Below are positions 12,560 to 26,427 of a stretch of DNA of 47,617 nt, piece by piece; the first letter of the stretch is position 1; the number at the start of each line of letters is the position of its first letter. The stretch is taken from assembly GCF_006345805.1 (NCBI RefSeq), contig NW_021834577.1:1-47617 (forward strand), written 5' to 3'. Source of the stretch: Octopus sinensis (taxonomy: Eukaryota). The position numbers and the translations under genes are program-made. The notes under the pieces were generated by a model. That model saw only the letters and a list, made by a program, of their open reading frames with translations, was not told where the DNA came from and ran no database searches.

Positions 12560-14590
12560 AGATTTTTTGCATTTGTCTCAAGATTATCCGTTTTAGCGAA
12601 TTTCCTTATGTAATTTGGTAGCCACCTCATCGAGTCCCAAAGTAGTAATACTACAAAGATATTTTCGCCTAGTTATTTATGATGCAGGTAACCACTTTAA
12701 TTATAATTGTTCAAAGCTTGTTTTCCTTTATCGCATCTAAAAATTTCAGTTGCTTCCCTATGGGTTTTTGATTCAGTTTGTCTTTGTTATTTTTTGTTTC
12801 TATTTTGCAAGAATGTATCCTTAAAGTGAGAGCTAATACCCATGTTCCTAATGTAGTCAAACTTGTCACATTGTAGTTTTCTGGGAATATACTGACATAT
12901 GACATATTCCTACTGTGTATGCCGCTTCGTTTCTGGTGACTTTTTGTCCAAGAATGTCGTAATGATCCTTGATTTACATTCGAGATAATCAGTCAGAGAA
13001 TTTTATCCTAGGACTGCCTTACCACCTCAGGATAATATGCAGACTTAATCCACAGCAGGACGTCATTTTGTGATTAGTAAACGTTGTCAAAGTCTGATCA
13101 TTCAACATATTAAGGCTGATTGGTTCAACATAAAGCTTCTGCCGCGATACTTCCGTTCCAGGCAGAGGTGATATACCTAACGACAGGTATGTAAATTTCT
13201 GGTATGGGTTAATTTTCCTGCTTTAACTGTATTAGCTCAAACCTCATCTAGCGCCTATTCGTGTTGCCCATGCGTGGTTATGGTCTCTAGTATAGCTAAC
13301 ACATTGTGGGTGACTAATTTATTATACGTGTAAAATTCTGCGGACCAGTATTTCCTCATTCTAGTGCTATATCCCTAGTTCCTTGCTGGAAGATCCTTCA
13401 TAGGAATTATTTGTATCAAACCCAAGCCATTAATAATAATGTTACCAGACGGGTTTGTAGTTCTATTACGTTTTACCACCATGTAAGAATATTTATATTC
13501 GTTAAACGCTACCTCTGTTGCATAACTAGGCCAAGACGTTCCTCCATACCTTCAGTATTCTTAGCGTGTGTTTTTAGATAGTCCCCAAAATTGGAATGTA
13601 TGTAGTGTTTCTGCCTTGTGCTCTAATTGCATGTTCTTTGGATTTCCGTTACAGAAATTCTAGACAGTATCAGGGTAAGACTCTCCTCTAGAAATACACC
13701 TCTATAATACTGCATCCTTCTAGTGACAACGAAACTAAATCATGGACGAATTTAGGTTGTCTATGGCCTTGATTATTGTATCTGAAAGTTTAATGTGTCG
13801 TAGGAGAGTAACTGTTAGGTTTATGAGTCGACGACAAAATCGAACGCTTTCCTGCCATTCAGCTTGACTTTGACAAGTCCACCGCTGCCATTGCATCTCT
13901 CACCACAGTTTTTCGGATTAAGAGTTGTACAGCATATATGTAAACTGTTCTTGTTTTTTTTTTGCAACCTGTTCAGGTGGGATTCTATTACTATCACTGC
14001 ATCTAGGAGGACCAGTTTCAGATTGGTTGTAAACGTTTACTGTCACAGATTCTGACACGCAATTAACTAGTAATTTCCTCGTGTGATTGACCTGCTTTTT
14101 AGTATCAATATTGTTTCTGCCAGCACCAAACAGCTTGGTAAATTCATGTCTCTTTGTGAGCTTGCCTGTAAAGGTCACTAAATAACTTCCGCAAAATGCC
14201 AGCGAGACATCATGTATCCGAAGATTAAATGCTTGTATTACACTTCGGACTACCTTAACAATGACGATCTATGCTTTTCGTTCAATACAGAGAAATATAT
14301 GTTTTGAATGTAATCTAGCCACTTTGACCTCATTTAACTGTTTCTGTCTCTCTTTCTATCTCTTGTTTTTGCCCTGCATATCTCTTGCTGACAATGATCC
14401 ACCATCGCATTTATCGATCGTCCACTCATATCCTTGTAAACTACTGAATAGTTTGTGATTAAATTTGTTAATCATTTCTCTTTCAGCAACATCGTCTGCT
14501 GTTAAGGTTTTTATTGAAATTTTGTCTCTCTGATAAAGAATGATCAATTTGTATAGAACTGTTCTTTTTCTACTGTATCTTAACATTGGT
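12560..14590 (-). mobile_element. Highly degraded R4/Dong-like (restriction-like endonuclease) LINE fossil
   Basis: Manual minus-strand translation gives degenerate matches to R4-type RT (YEWTIDKC...QGKNKR; KLTHTRNLH...LCLERKYRGRSFM) and the endonuclease region (PENYNVT...KQLKFLDA). Many stops. Confidence 0.5.
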
Positions 14591-14837
14591 TCTATTGTAT
14601 TTCGTCATTGCTGCTGGTTCGGAACGTTTTAATTAATTATTTATTTATTGGCATGCGATAAACAACACCAGATGACGTTTATTTTTCTATAGACCAACAA
14701 TACTGTTTTCTTTTCCATTTTCCAAAGCGGCGATGATAAGGCTTCTGTATATAGGTGTATATGAAATGAAGCATATCTGTAGTTCTGCAAAATTCTTGCT
14801 GAATAAAATAAGGACGTCTATTAATTTTATTTTTATT

Positions 14838-15060
14838 TTATTACCCACAAGGGACTAAACATAGAGGGGAAAAACAAGGACAGACAAATGAATTAAGTCG
14901 AATACATCAACCCCAGTGAGTAACTGGTACTTATTTAATCGAACCCGAATTGATGAAAGGCAAAGTCGACCTCCGCGGAATTTGAACTCAGAACACAGCG
15001 GCGGACGAAATACAAATCATTTCGCCCGGCGTGCTAACGTTTCTGCCAGCTCGCCGCCTT
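14838..15060 (-). mobile_element. SINE family B
   Basis: Full head (GGCGGCGAGCTGGCAGAAACGTTAGC) and body. Confidence 0.9.
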
Positions 15061-15448
15061 ATAAGGACGGCTATTAGTAAATGTCTCACTATTTAAAATA
15101 AAACACGAAAGAATCAAATATGAAACGAATAAACGAGGGATATCGATTTTTTGTTCGATTGACTAAGTCATTACTTTCTAGTTTGATTATCGATCACTCA
15201 AACCGAGTTCTCTGTAGATGGACAGAAAAAGGTGAAAGGATAGAAATCGTGATCTCATACGGTTAAGAAAAAATGCATTCTAATACACAGATTGTTGAGC
15301 AGATTAATGTAGAATCAGGGCTTTGAGCGGATAAACATATATCAGTTTTCTAGATTAAAAAATATAACATACAGCAACACACACACACATACACACACAT
15401 CAGCGCGCGCACAAACATACATATATAAAACTTCTAAGAGAGAGGGAG

Positions 15449-15452
<4 letters not shown>

Positions 15453-15525
<73 letters not shown>

Positions 15526-15626
15526 AGACATGCTTCTATATATAAAGAGATGCTTACAATTAGACAGAAACATATATGGCGAGAAACATATATATATATA
15601 TATATATATCATATATATATATCAAA

Positions 15627-15668
<42 letters not shown>

Positions 15669-15734
15669 AAAACATGTACATATATCAAAAGACACATATA
15701 TATATATCAAAAACATATATATATATATATATAT
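15453..15734. repeat. Compound (TG)n(AG)n and (TA)n microsatellites
   Basis: Direct inspection. Confidence 0.9.
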
Positions 15735-16091
15735 AGGAGTGGCTGTGTGGTAAGTAGCTTGCTAACCAACCACACGGTTGCGGGTTCAGTCCCACTGCGT
15801 GGCATCTTGGGTAAGTGTCTTCTGCTATAGCCCCGGGCCGACCAATGCCTTGTGAGTGGATTTGGTAGACGGAAACTGAAAGAAGCCTGTCGTATATATG
15901 TATATATATGTATATGTGTGTGTGTGTGTCTGTGTTTGTCCCCCTAGCATTGCTTGACAACCGATGCTGGTGTGTTTACGTCCCCGTCACTTAGCGGTTC
16001 GGCAAAAAGAGACCGATAGAATAAGTACAAAAAGGCAGTGCTCCAGCATGGCCGCAGTCAAATGACTGAAACAAGTAAAAGAGTAAAAGAG
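15735..16091 (+). mobile_element. SINE family A, internal deletion in 3' half
   Basis: Homologous head and tail. Confidence 0.9.
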
Positions 16092-16399
16092 TATATATAT
16101 ATATATATATATATTCAAGCATTTCAACAGTATCTTATATAAATCCTAAGAGAGATAGAGAAGTAGAGAAATGGGTTGAGAGAAATTTGAATGTAAATAT
16201 AAGTCCATGAATAAATAATGGTCAAAAGTGCAAGAAACCCATTCATAGAAATATTCGAAGGATATGCAGTCGTAAGCTTAGATACACAAGAGAGAAATGT
16301 ATGTGGATTACGAAATAAAAATATGGTGTAAAATCCCTCGTGTTCTATTGCATCTCATTTTCGCCATACATACATGCATGCATACACGTATATACATAT

Positions 16400-16830
<431 letters not shown>

Positions 16831-17386
16831 AGCATTATTGATATATTTAATCAAAATGATGGAGTGATTCGCGAATATAGATAGATAAAAACAGAAACTG
16901 CTGTGTGTAGATTTAGATATATGTATGTCTAGCTAACCAAATATAGAAGATGGAATCTTCCTATTGAAATATTTAAGCATATTTTGTAGTATTTATCTCT
17001 CATGCTATTGTAGGAAGGATTACTTCGACAGAAAGATGCAGAATGATAAACCAGACTCATGAATTTATTATTTTCACAACAAGGGATGTTGAGTGTATGA
17101 GGTTAATACATTTCATTGAATGTTTAAATAAATGTGTATTGAACGGTTTTCTAAAACACCTGGCATGAATTGTTGTTTTCTGAACAAACCTACGTCTCGA
17201 AATGCTATGAATGTATATTGTAACATTGTATTAAAATTCAATGAATTGGGAATTTTCCATGTTCTTTACGATTTCAGTTTATAGTTATAATTTATGTAAA
17301 GAATACATGAGATATATCAGTTTATTGATTGAGATGCGAAAATGCCTGGTCTCTTATTATTATCATCATCATAACAATAATAATAG

Positions 17387-17417
<31 letters not shown>

Positions 17418-17442
17418 AATAATAATAATGATGATGATGATA

Positions 17443-17982
17443 AATGCGCTGATGCAGTACTAGGCAGTGGCTCTCATGGCTTCTGATCTTAACTGATTGG
17501 AAATGTTATCATGTACATTGTTTTGTCTTGGTATAAAAGATGGTCTACAACAAATATTCTGCTTGTCAGTTGTTTGACCTTAACCAGTTGAGCATGTCAC
17601 TTAGTGGCTGACAATATGTGCATCTCTGATCACGAGCAGAAATAATGGGGGAGCATCATAGCCATGTGTTGAGAGGGATTCTTTGGGGGTTTGAATAATT
17701 CCCCTTTGGAAACATAGGTGTTTCGTTCAACGTCCTTAAACAATCTTTATTCAGGGACCTTTTGTGTTGGATGGGCTACTCGATCAGAAGAAAATTCTGA
17801 CTGGGCCCCACCTGCAAGGTCATGCGCTGTTTATCTTGATATGAGATCACACTTTCGCGCATATATGGTTGTGATGCATGTATCTGGTGTACCCTTATCA
17901 GACGGGTAGTATTGATGGGTATACTGGGCTTCGTATATTTTACCCCAATGTCACTCTGATGGCATGCATTGCTCTCTGACTC
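17443..17982 (+). mobile_element. Unclassified ~540-bp interspersed repeat bounded by (AAT)n on both sides (possibly a LINE 3' UTR)
   Basis: More GC-rich block between (AAT/GAT)n at 17358-17442 and (AAT)n at 17983-18003. I recognise it only as repeat-like; no ORF. Confidence 0.4.
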
Positions 17983-18339
17983 AATAATAATAATAATAAT
18001 AATGGGAAGTCATTCAGTTGGCAAACTTGTTAGCAGTCTGGAAAGATTGCTTAGCGGCATTTCACCCATCTTTACGTTCTGGATTTATATTCAGCCGAGG
18101 TCTACTTTGCCTTTCTTCCTTTTTGGGGTCGACATATTAGTACCCGCACCTACTGGGGTACTGGAGTAATCGACATACATCAACCCCCGGATATTTGGGG
18201 CTCGTTTCAAAATTTGAAACCACTATTTTGTGAATGAACTTCGACGAAATGTTGCTTCACGTTTTGTCGGGCGTGATGACGATACGGCCAGCTCACCGCC
18301 CTAACTTTCTTTAACTAAATATTGGTTTTAGATTTTAGC

Positions 18340-18910
18340 ACAAGGCCAGCAATTCAGGTGTGGGGTGTAAGCTGATTACCTAGATCTCAGTACTCGACTG
18401 GTACTTATTCTATCGACGCCGAAAGAATGAAGGGAAAAGTCGACCTCGATGGGTTTTGAAAACAGGAAGTCAAGTCGGAAGAAATACCTATTTCTATGTC
18501 TTTACTACCCATAAGGGGCTAAACACAGAGAGGACAAACAAGGACAGACAAACGGATTAAGTCGATTATATCGACCCCAGTGCGTAACTGGTACTTATTT
18601 AATCGACCCCGAAAGGATGAAAGGCAAAGTCGACCTCGGCGGAATTTGAACTCTGAACGTAACGGCAGACGAAATACCTATTTCTTTACTACACACAAGG
18701 GGCTAAACACAGAGAGGACAAACATGACAGACAAACGGATTAAATCAATTATATCGACCCCAGTGCGTAACTGGTACTTATTTAATCGACCCCGAAAGGA
18801 TGAAAGGCAAAGTTGACCTCGGCGAAAATTTGAAGTCAGATCGTAACGGCAGACGAAATACCGCTAAGCAATTCGCTCGGTGTGCTAACGATTCTGCCAG
18901 CTCACCGCCT
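18340..18910 (-). mobile_element. SINE family B head-to-tail multimer (one head, three bodies)
   Basis: Junctions at ~18490 and ~18677 both read GAAATACC|TATTTC on the plus strand. Confidence 0.85.
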
Positions 18911-19691
18911 TACTTGCCATATAATTTGTTTTTGCACTGGCCACCAAAGAGCAAAATACAGCATGCTCTTTTTAATCACAGGAAGTATCAACTAGAAAAC
19001 TGGAAAGGTAACGATGCTGTGCATTTGAGATGTGTGAAAGTTTAAAAAAAGTTAAAATTCAAACATTATGGCTGGTATTTTAGATTATTTGTTCAAGCAA
19101 ATACTTACTTTAAGATTAAAGACCATCTTATTTTAATTTCGTTCCAAAATGCATTTGTTTACAAACTACAATTCTTTTCGAAACCTCAGTTTGTTTCGTA
19201 TGTGTTCTCTTCCGTCTTCTCCTTGAAATGTTGTGGGAAAACACCGCATATTAATCCTTTTATCTCTTAATCTTGTTGTGCGAGGACCGAACTAATGGAA
19301 AATACAATAGTTTTGCTCTGATCTTTTAAATCAAAACTTCACTTACTGTTTTCATTCTATTTTTTTCCATATCGAACAATCTCTTATTTACACCGGTGTT
19401 CCACTTGCATTCACTTGGCTTTCTCTTACTATTTTCCGATACAGAAATTGCGTAAACATTCAACATCCAATCAGCGACGCCTGAAATTACATATTGAGTG
19501 TGCTTCTATCTTTCATATATTATTTTTTACTTGTTCAACCATTGGACTGCGGTCATGCTGGGGCACTTCTTTGAATGTTTTAGTCGAAGAAATCAACCAG
19601 TCCTTTTATTTTAAGTTTGTTCCTTTTTCTAGCAGACTCTTTCACTACCAAGCTACACTTCGACGAAGACAACACCCACACACACAGATAT

Positions 19692-19928
19692 TTCCTATTT
19701 CTTTACTATACACAAGGGGCTAAACACAGAGAGGACAAACAAGGACCGACAAACGGATTAAGTCGATTACATCGATCCCAGTGCGCAACCGGTACTTAAT
19801 TTATCGACGCCGAAATGATGAAAGGCAAAGTCGATCTCGGCGGAATTTGAACTCAGAACGTAACGGCAGACGAAACACGGCTACGCATTTCGCCCGGCGT
19901 GCTAACGTTTCTGTCAGCTCGCCGCCAT
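19692..19928 (-). mobile_element. SINE family B, full length
   Basis: Homologous to 14838-15060. Confidence 0.9.
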
Positions 19929-20437
19929 AATAATGAGAAGACAACGACGACGACAACGAAGAAGAAGAAGATAGCTACATCTTTCTCCTAGTAACAACAT
20001 TTCTTTCAATGATAACGAGAGAATAAAAATAAGAGATAATCAACATGGGATATTTTAGTTTTGGAAATAAAAATGGACTTTCCAAAAATAGAAAACAAAT
20101 GTTCGTAAGACATTCGAAGCCGTTATCAAGTCTTTTATTGTTTTCCTAATTTTGCATTCAATTCATTTTATGACTTTTCGACCTATCTACACTCCTACAC
20201 GAAACTCATTAAAATCTATTTATTCATTAGTGTATACAGATATCATTCTATTATAATCGGTAAAGAAAGGCTAAAAACATTATGGCCTTTTTTCGTTGTT
20301 GTTACAAGTCGGCCATTTTTCATTGTTTTTGCAAATCGCCCTTTTTTATAGTTTCGTGAACATAACATGAATTTTGTATAGGGTGCAAGTTAACACTATA
20401 TTATTTTATATTGCTTATGTTTATATGTTCATATATA

Positions 20438-20672
20438 CTGTTTTACTCCTTTATTTGTATCAGTCATCCGACTGCGGTCAGGCTGGAGCACCGGCTTTAG
20501 TCGAAGACGTCAGCCCCAGGACTTATTATTTGTAAGCCTAGTACTTATATCATCGGTCTTTTGCCGAACCGCTAAGTTACGGGAACGTGAACACACCAAC
20601 ATCGATTGTCAAGCGATGGTGGGCTGACAAATACACAAACACACACATTATATATATATATATACATGTATG

Positions 20673-20707
<35 letters not shown>

Positions 20708-20867
20708 GACGGGCCTCTTTCAGTTTCCGTCTACCAAATCCACTCACAAGGCTTTGGTTGACCCGAGGCTATAGCAGAAGACACTTGCCCCAGGAGCCAC
20801 GCAGTGGGACTGAACCCAGAGCTATGTGCTTGGTAGGCAAGCTAATTACCACACAGCCACTCCTGCG
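20438..20867 (-). mobile_element. SINE family A, full length
   Basis: Homologous to the other copies. Confidence 0.9.
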
Positions 20868-21054
20868 AATGTACATATGTATGTATGTATGCATGCATGT
20901 ATGTATGCATACAAGTATGTATGTGTGCCTACGTATATGAATGCATGTACATATGGATGAAAGGACAGACATGCATTTATATGTATGAATATACGTGTGT
21001 ATATATCCATACATGTATGCATGTGTGTATGAATAAGTATATAAATACATACAT

Positions 21055-21480
21055 ATTGGATCATCCAATAAATAATGCGTTTCCTTTTTATTTCATATAT
21101 TTTTCCAAATTAAGATAAAGTTCTTTTTTAATCTAAAATATACTCTCCTTCATTTTCTACATTGCTCTTCTACATTGCTCTGGTAGACCTGCAATGCCCT
21201 TCTTCCAAAATTCACTTGTCCGTGGGGGAAAATAATCTTCTAGTACTGTTCTGAGCTTGTCTACAGGATTCATATTTACCCATCCAAATGATTTTGAAGA
21301 CTGCGGAATAATGATAATCAGATGGGGCAATGTCCGGTGAATATGGTGAGTGAGGCATGGTTTCCCATTCAAACTGTTACAGCTTTTGGAATGTCATCCA
21401 CGCTGTATGTGGGCCGAGTATTTTCCTGATGGGAGAACATTTTTCGTCTTGAAACCAAAGATGGTCATTTTTCTTCTAGC
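21055..21480 (-). mobile_element. Mariner (DD34D-type) transposon 3' remnant
   Basis: ORF 21157-21372 C-terminus LRTVLEDYFPPRTSEFWKKGIAGLPEQC, with a frameshifted HPPY-SPDL-like motif upstream. TIR-like TTGGATCATCCAATAAATAATGCG at ~21056. Confidence 0.7.
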
Positions 21481-21799
21481 GCTGACTTAAGCTACTCAGG
21501 CTGCTCGCAGTAGATATCCTTTGTTATCGTTTGATTTAGGTTTAAAAGTTTGAAGCGAACTAAACCTTTCATATCTCACTAAACAGGTATTTGAAGCTTG
21601 AAACTGATACTCGAGTAACTCACTGAAAACACTATTATTAAAATTAAAAAATATCCCCCGAAAAAGTCATTTTTAATTATTTTCCCAAATATATATATAC
21701 TGTACTTCCAGTTTCGTATCTACCAAACGGGTTTTTTTATGGGCCTTAGAAAAACCGTAAAAATAAATTGATCTATAAAGTATAGTAAAATAAACTTTA

Positions 21800-22376
21800 G
21801 TATTACTGGGAAACTGGGAGAGTGGCTGCATGACTTTCTGAGTGGCAGGAGTAAGACAGTTGTAGTCAATGGTACTCACTCTGGAGAGACACTAATTCTC
21901 AGCGGAGTCCACAGTGACATGTACTGGGCCCACTACTATTTGTAGTGGCACTCTCAGATTGTCCCCCGCGGTAGTCAGACAATCTGACTAGTTATGCTGA
22001 CGATACAAAAGTATCGTCTGCAGTTAGGAATACAGAGGACATCATAAGACTGCAGAACGACCTGAATGAAATACACAAATGGACTAACAAAAATAAAATG
22101 CAGTGCAATGCTATGATATTTCAGACAATCCACTATCGGTCCAACACCAGGCTAAAAGCGGAATACATTGGACCAGAATGTAATACGATCCTAGCGTCAG
22201 AGTCGGTGCATGACCTGGGGGTTCCCATGAGCAATGATGTAACATTCCATGTGCATATTACCAAGATGGTATCACTGTGCAGGCAAGTGGCTGGCTGGAT
22301 TCTGAGAACATTTAGGACTAGGAAATGGGAAGTCCTGCTACTCATTTGGAAGACTTTCATTCTCAGCCATCCTTGA
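21800..22376 (+). mobile_element. CR1/L2-group LINE RT fragment (pseudogenised)
   Basis: ITGKLGEWLHDFLSGRSKTVVVNG...LGPLLFVV...YADDTKV...LQNDLNEIHKW...VHDLGVPMS...AGWILRTF. Confidence 0.85.
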
Positions 22377-22559
22377 AATTGCAGGCCTTGTACAAACATT
22401 TGAAACCAATATTATTTGAGCTGTATTTAACCCAATGTATGTGTGTGTGTGTGTTTGAATCCTTATATTGTTGTCTAGAGTTCTAGTCCTTTGTAATGGA
22501 TGCATCTTCTGCAATTAGCATGGACTATGTTGGTTTCATTCTCACACGATTTAGGGGAA

Positions 22560-22700
22560 TGTGTAAGTCAATTCCATGGACACTAGTGCTTGACTGATAC
22601 TTAATTTATCGACCCCAAAAGGATGAAAGGCAAACAAGTCCCCGGCAGAATGTGAATTCAAAGCATAAAATCGGCCGAAATGCCCTATTTGCTAACGGTT
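22560..22700 (-). mobile_element. SINE family B, diverged fragment
   Basis: ACTTAATTTATCGACCCCAAAAGGATGAAAGGCAAA motif. Confidence 0.7.
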
Positions 22701-24714
22701 TTACGATAATAATAAATCGACAAAATCAACACGAACAGCAACAATAATAATTATTCCCACAATATTTTAATCAAATGTGACATTTGAGGTTCGAATATAA
22801 ACTACAATCTGTTATAAAATGAAATGAAAGCTTGCTGTGTTATTTTGTCTATTTCCTCGCGAAAGAAAGAGAGCGAAATGAGAAATGCCCTCACCACTGG
22901 AAGTTTATTTATCGACCTTAAAAGATAAAAAAATTGTGGATGACATGGGCTGGATTTGAAATTTGAGTAAAGAGAGCTGGAAGGATTGGTGAGGAATTGT
23001 GCAATAAAAAGTGAGTCTGTAATGGCTCTACTAAAACGCCAATTTTCGTGGAATTCGAAGCTCAAGCACAGGTCAGTTGGAAAAAGAAGATCGTAATCAA
23101 AGAATTTAAATACGATGTGTTAGACCAATATTTATTCAAATTCGCGATCTTTAATGTCGAACTATCTAAGTAAACACCTGATTTACCATCTCTCTTTCAA
23201 GTGCCAGTAACACGACTTTATGGCAGAATATTGTTTGAAGTGTCAACGTTAGATATTTGATTACAGAGATTGAATCTCCTTCCAACTAAACGAGAAGACC
23301 AAACGAATTCTCAAACTTCCTATTAATGCCTTGAACTGCAGCTAAGTTATATGTGTCCTTTCTGAACTTGGATGCAGATGACAGAAGTGGATGGAGCTTG
23401 ATCTATTCATTTCAGTAACAGCATTCTCTGTAGGCTGGAATATTCCTGAACATTATAAACGTATTGTGTAATAATAAAATTATGTTGAAAGTCATTCATG
23501 TCCATATGTTTACATATCGCATCGACATCAAAACCTCTTTGTAGATTCCATTTTATTTTGTTTCAAAATATACTTGTTTACAAATTTTCTGTTCAAACTT
23601 TTTATCGGAATGTTCTTGTATTCTGATCCCTCTGGCGATTTTTCATAAATTTATTTTCCTACGAAATAACTATACATTAATTCACGACATTTCAACACTT
23701 TCATCTCTTATGTCTTATCGTCTGCTGCAGAAAATTCGAGAAAAAATGTCAAACCGAAATTTAAATTCATGACTCAAAAAACAGCAACAAATTATTATTT
23801 GGAGGTAAACATGAAAGCTGTATTTTATTGGTGTACTACGAAATTAATGTGAATTGCGAAAAAGACAGTCACTGAAAACGCAATTAGTATATATTACGGT
23901 AAAAGGTGCAGCCAGAAAGCATATCCAGTGTATTGCAGTAGATTGAAGCCTACATTTTATAATTGATTTTCAAATATATGGATTTTTTCTTAAAATATAC
24001 AAAAGTGTAATATATGTTTGGTAACGCTATGGTATGTGATAAATATTTTTTCCTTCTCAATCTGCTTCTTTTGACTTCGGAAACAACAACCGAATTATCC
24101 TCTGGACACATTCTGAGATGTCTAAGATAGAAAAAGGGCAAAATGTGTCTTCAGTAACGAAACATGAGCCTTTGGGTTATCAATACCTTATGAGTAAAAT
24201 CAGTAGACGGAAACTACACAAGTCTTGTAGAGTATATATGCCTTTGTGTGTGTGTAGGAGAGAGAGACAGAATGTTTGTGAGTGTGTGTCATTGTGTATG
24301 TGTGCTCTTGTGTGTGTGTGTGTGTCTGCGTGTGTGCACACAGACGTGTGGAAGTGTGCTTGAGGCTATATGCGTGGAGACACGCATACACGTATATATG
24401 ATTGTTACATCTATAAAAATATCATTTAAATTCGAATATTTGTCTCAATTCACAAAGTGTTATAAAATTTCAATAAGAAAAGAAAGAAAAAGAGAAAATT
24501 CCCCGAAGCCATAACCTAAAAATGATAGAATAAAATAATATGGACAAATTTTAAAGACATTTAAATACCTGACACAGAAACAAAGACAATATTTCAACAT
24601 TTCAATAAATAACAAGAAACTAATGTACCGATATTAAAGGATATTAGAAAACTATCGAAAATACAGTTCTTTGAATGAACTATAAAAAATGTATTTGCTA
24701 TAAAATTGAAATAT

Positions 24715-25077
24715 GGAGACACAGGCGTGGCTGTGTAGTAAGATGATTGTGTACGAGACACGCGGTCCTGGGTTCAGTTCTACTGCATGACATCTTGGGC
24801 AAATACATTCTACTCAAGCCCCGGCATTTGGTAGACGGAAAATGAAAGAAGCACGTTAGGTATATATACACACACACATGTGTGTGTGTGCGTGTTTGTC
24901 CTCCATCACCACATGACAACCGGTGTTGGTGTGTTTACGTCTGAGTAACTTAGCTGTCCTGCCAAATACACCGATAGAATAAGTGCCGTGCTTAGGAAAT
25001 TAATAAATAGTGGGGTCGTTTCCTTCGGCTAAAAATTATTCAAGGGGGTGCTCCAGCATAGTCGCAGTCCAGTGACT
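24715..25077 (+). mobile_element. SINE family A, diverged, interrupted by an RTE insertion (tail resumes ~26276-26305)
   Basis: Diverged head and body; the tail motif AGTCCAATGACTGGAACAA is found after the LINE. Confidence 0.8.
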
Positions 25078-26275
25078 AGTGGTTGGCTGCGTCTCGTGTT
25101 TCCAAGCTTGCAATCCAGTTCACTTTCCTGGGTGTTTGAACCGCAGATGGCTCCGCAATCCAAGGGTTGCATGAAACATACGGGGACATTGTAGACAAGA
25201 GATAGAAGGGACTGGTTTGGGGAGGAATAGGCGCTGCTTTCTCTCTCGTCTCTTGAGTTCACCTCTTGCGACTCGGATTTACACGAAGTTCGCAGAACCC
25301 GTTTTGATGGTGTGTCTCCAGAGGGGGGGGTGCTGTTTGCCGAGATATCTTCCCAGTGTGCGGGGTCGATGTTGGTGCTTTTCATGGTTGATTTTAGTTA
25401 GTCCTTGTACCGTCTCAAGGGGGCTCCACGAGGATGTTTTCCTTCAGACAGTTCACCGTAGAGACATACCTTGGGAAGGCGATGTTCATTCATCCGACGG
25501 ACGTGACCTGACCATCGGAGTCGATGTTCAATGATCAAGGCTTCGATGCTCAAGAGACCTGATCTTTCAAGTACAGAGTTGTTGGTGATGTGATCTTCGC
25601 AGTTGATGTTCAGGGTAGAGCGAAGTTTGGATTGCTGGAAGCACTCTAGTTTCTTCATGTCCTAACGGTAAACAGTCCAGGTTTCACACCCGTACAGCAG
25701 AGTTGATACGACAACAGCCCGATAGACCATGAGATTCGTTTTCAATGTCAAATCCTTGTTGCAAAGACCTTGGATTTACGACGACCAAAAGAGGCATGAC
25801 CTGATTGGATGCGGTATTCGATATCCTTAACTGATCCTGCCGTGGGTGACAGAGAACTTCCGAGATAGCAAAGGTCCTCGACGACCTCAACTGATTGGTT
25901 GTTGATGGTAATGTTGGTGTTGTCAAGACTGATACGAGGAGCTGGTTGAGCGAGCACTTTGGTTTTGGCGATGTTCCCTTTCAGGCCCAAGGTTTGATAA
26001 GCTCTGCTGAAGTTGTTTGTTAAGGTTTGTAGGTCTTCTGCAGTTGAAGCTGGGGATGCGTTATCATCAGCGTGTCTTGTGCTCTCGACAGTGACGTCTT
26101 GATCGGAAACGCATGATGTTGAAAAGTCCGCCATCAAATGTACATCTGAGTTCCACTCCGGGGTTGCCAGTTGGAGTTTCGGAGAGCATGGCAATGATGT
26201 AGAGAGAAAACAGGGTTGGAGCAAGAACACATTCCTGCTTCAGGCCACAGGTGATCCTTAATTCTTCAGAGATGA
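25078..26275 (-). mobile_element. 5'-truncated RTE-clade LINE (RT C-terminal half + C2H2 zinc finger), inserted in a SINE
   Basis: Translations include GLKQECVLAPTLFSLY, VEDLCYLGSSLS, RLRWSGHVRRMNEHRLPKVCLYGELSEGKHPRGAPLRRYKD and CLQCPRMFHATLGLRSHLRFKH. 12-bp TSD-like AGTCCA(G/A)TGACT at 25066-25077 and 26276-26287. Confidence 0.9.
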
Positions 26276-26366
26276 AGTCCAATGACTGGAACAATGCTAA
26301 AAATAAGATGTGTATACAAACACAAACACCACGCATACACACAAATACATACATACATACATACAT

Positions 26367-26427
<61 letters not shown>

